Assembly: GCA_963781475.1 (NCBI GenBank)
Contig: CAWAGJ010000006.1
Location: forward strand, 5,580 to 69,579
DNA length: 64,000 nt
Source: an uncultured Actinomycetota bacterium
Lineage (GTDB): Bacteria > Actinomycetota > Actinomycetes > Propionibacteriales > Nocardioidaceae
Direction: 5' to 3'
Part shown: in pieces, positions 62,199 to 64,000 of the stretch
How the letters are laid out: every line of letters starts with the position of its first letter
Numbering within the stretch: position 1 is the stretch's first letter
The notes under the pieces: model-generated
What the model was told of the DNA's origin: nothing
What the model saw: the letters and a program-made list of their open reading frames with translations, nothing else
Database searches by the model: none
Made by a program: the position numbers and the translations under genes

Positions 62199-63512
62199 GT
62201 GACCCTGACCGACCCTGCCCCGGCCGCCCCCAGCGCCCCCAGCGCCCCGGCCGCCCGCGCCCCGCTCGCCCCGCCGCGCGAGGCCCTGCTGCGCGCCCTC
62301 GACGCCCGCACCCCCGGCCACAGCCTGCCGGCGGCGCTCTACACCGACCCCGACCTGCACCAGGTCGAGCTGGAGCTGCTCTGGCAGCGGCAGTGGGTCT
62401 TCGTCGGCACCACCGCCGAGGTCCCGGAGGCGGGCGACTACGTCACCGTCGACATCGGACGGGCCTCGGTCATGGTGCTGCGCGACGACGACGAGCAGGT
62501 CCGCGCCTTCCACAACGTCTGCCGCCACCGCGGGGCCCGCCTGGTCACCGAGGACAAGGGCTCGGTCGGCAACATCGTGTGCGGCTACCACCACTGGACC
62601 TACAGCACCGACGGCCGTCTCGTGCACGCCCCGCAGCTCGGGCCCGGCATCGACCCGGCCTGCCTGTCGCTGCTCTCGGTCCACGTCCGCGAGATCGAGG
62701 GCCTGCTGTTCTGCTGCCTGGCCGCCGACCCGCCCGACGACGTGGAGGACGTGGCGCGGGTGCTCGCGCCGTACTTCGCCCCCCACGGCCTGGGCCGCGC
62801 CAAGGTCGCCGCGCAGGTCGACCTGGTCGAGGACGGCAACTGGAAGCTCACCATGGAGAACAACCGGGAGTGCTACCACTGCGACGGCCACCCGGACCTG
62901 CTGCGCACCTACTTCCAGACCTGGGGGCTGGAGGAGCACCAGGTCCCGGACCGGTTGCGCGCCTCGCACGAGCGGTTCCTGCTCGCCGACGCCGAGCTCG
63001 CCCAGCGCTGCGCCGCGCAGGGCATGCCGTACCCCACGATCAGCGACCTGGTGGACCGCCCGCTGGGCTTCCGGGTCGAGCGCAGCCCGATGGACGCCGC
63101 CGGCGAGTCCTTCAGCCGCGACGGCACCCGCCTCGTGCAGCGCACCCTCGGCGACGTCGACGACTTCCGGATGGGCCGCCTGGGCCTGCACGCCCAGCCC
63201 AACCTGTGGCTGCACGTGTGCGCCGACCACGCGGTCACCTTCGCGGTCTTCCCGGTGGGCGTGGACCGGACGCTGGTGCGCACCACCTGGCTGGTCGACG
63301 CGGACGCCGTCGAGGGCGTCGACTACGACCTGGACACGCTGACCGAGGTGTGGCGCCACACCAACGAGGAGGACGCGGAGTTCGTCGCGCTCGCGCACCG
63401 CGGCGTCTCCGACCCGGCGTACGTCCCGGGGCCCTACACCGAGTCGGAGAGCCAGGTGGACTCGTTCGTCTCCTGGTACGCCGCCCGCCTGCGCGAGGAG
63501 GTCGTGCGATGA
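62199..63512 (+). CDS. Rieske [2Fe-2S] non-haem-iron oxygenase alpha subunit (GbcA/Stc2-like)
   Basis: GTG at 62199, 8 nt after GGGAGG, in ORF 61182..63512. Rieske CRHRG...CGYHHW. Mononuclear-iron region NNRECYHCDGHPD. Confidence 0.9.
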   Translation: MTLTDPAPAAPSAPSAPAARAPLAPPREALLRALDARTPGHSLPAALYTDPDLHQVELELLWQRQWVFVGTTAEVPEAGDYVTVDIGRASVMVLRDDDEQVRAFHNVCRHRGARLVTEDKGSVGNIVCGYHHWTYSTDGRLVHAPQLGPGIDPACLSLLSVHVREIEGLLFCCLAADPPDDVEDVARVLAPYFAPHGLGRAKVAAQVDLVEDGNWKLTMENNRECYHCDGHPDLLRTYFQTWGLEEHQVPDRLRASHERFLLADAELAQRCAAQGMPYPTISDLVDRPLGFRVERSPMDAAGESFSRDGTRLVQRTLGDVDDFRMGRLGLHAQPNLWLHVCADHAVTFAVFPVGVDRTLVRTTWLVDADAVEGVDYDLDTLTEVWRHTNEEDAEFVALAHRGVSDPAYVPGPYTESESQVDSFVSWYAARLREEVVR

Positions 63513-64000
63513 CCGAGCTGCGGTACGACGCCTGGACCGACCCGGGCCACACCCCGTCCCTGCGGCTGGTGCCCGACCTGCCCCGCGTGGTCGGCGACGG
63601 GCTGCTGGCGCCCGAGGCCGGCCTGGACCAGGAGATGGTCGTGCGCCGGCGGGTGCCGGTGACCCACGACGTGCTCACGCTGGTCCTGGAGCCGACCGTG
63701 CCCGGCACCTTCGCCTACGCCCCGGGGCAGTTCGTGACCCTGGTGGTCGACGTGGACGGCGTCGCGGTGGAGCGCTGCTACACGCTGTCCTCCCCCCCGA
63801 CCCGGCCGCACCTGCTGACGATCACCGTCAAGCGGATCGAGGGGGGCGCGCTCTCGCCGTACCTCCACGACCGGCTGGAGCCCGGCGACCGGGTCGCGGT
63901 CCGCGGTCCGCACGGCGACTTCACCGTCGCCGCCCACCCCGCCGCGCGCTACCTGCTGCTCTCGGCCGGCAGCGGCGTCACCCCGACCCTGTCGACCGTG
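63509..64000 (+). CDS. ferredoxin-NAD(P) reductase-type oxygenase reductase (GbcB-like), N-terminal fragment; 3' end outside window
   Basis: The ATG at 63509 overlaps the Rieske stop (ATGA). The frame is open to the window end. FAD motif RCYTLSS and NAD motif GSGVTP. Not in the ORF track because no stop is reached. Confidence 0.8.
   Translation, partial: MTELRYDAWTDPGHTPSLRLVPDLPRVVGDGLLAPEAGLDQEMVVRRRVPVTHDVLTLVLEPTVPGTFAYAPGQFVTLVVDVDGVAVERCYTLSSPPTRPHLLTITVKRIEGGALSPYLHDRLEPGDRVAVRGPHGDFTVAAHPAARYLLLSAGSGVTPTLSTV

Overview
High-G+C, densely coding chromosomal segment of actinobacterial type. The gene content looks Nocardioides-like, but the taxon cannot be verified without a database search. 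I support about 61 CDS, one tRNA-Thr(UGU), one decayed pseudogene, one SAM-I riboswitch, two CIRCE operators and one LexA (SOS) box. Many long ORFs in the six-frame track are antisense or out-of-frame artefacts of the high G+C, and I rejected them. Starts were placed from the ORF-track frame plus motif and RBS inspection.

Main blocks:
- 0.3-2.4 kb: a visibly lower-G+C islet with two ORFan-like genes.
- 4-8.3 kb: a GntR regulator and a MacB-type ABC exporter.
- 8.4-10.5 kb: alkB-like gene behind a perfect SOS box, then gnd.
- 10.6-15.3 kb: form-II coxSLM-coxG molybdoenzyme operon.
- 15.4-23.7 kb: alcohol-oxidation locus. It holds an NDMA/mycofactocin-type methanol dehydrogenase (mno), a MoxR ATPase, a VWA protein and a SAM methyltransferase, divergent from an mftF-like glycosyltransferase and a GAF/SARP regulator.
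- 24.9-31.6 kb: one long minus-strand run, coxD-coxE-xdhC, then Fe-ADH, GAF histidine kinase and LuxR response regulator.
- 33.2-36.5 kb: ECF sigma operon with an embedded MocA-like cytidylyltransferase.
- 36.8-42.1 kb: Bat-like MoxR-DUF58-VWA operon.
- 42.4-47.0 kb: groEL2 with dual CIRCE. Upstream on the same strand is a SAM-riboswitch-controlled ThrC-like / MoaD-like / ATP-grasp set.
- 47.3-58.8 kb: trehalose genes otsB and otsA, ung, pdxY and SDRs.
- 59.1-64.0 kb: LysR regulator with a flavin demethylase-like enzyme, a Rieske oxygenase and a reductase.

The most unusual signal is non-coding. A strictly 22-bp-phased tandem repeat family (core CCGAGATGAC / GTCATCTCGG) occurs in six intergenic arrays, 28 units in total. 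The arrays often form inverted arms, and one pair brackets ung. I do not recognise it as a described element. All functional calls rest on motif recognition by eye; no searches or computations were run.
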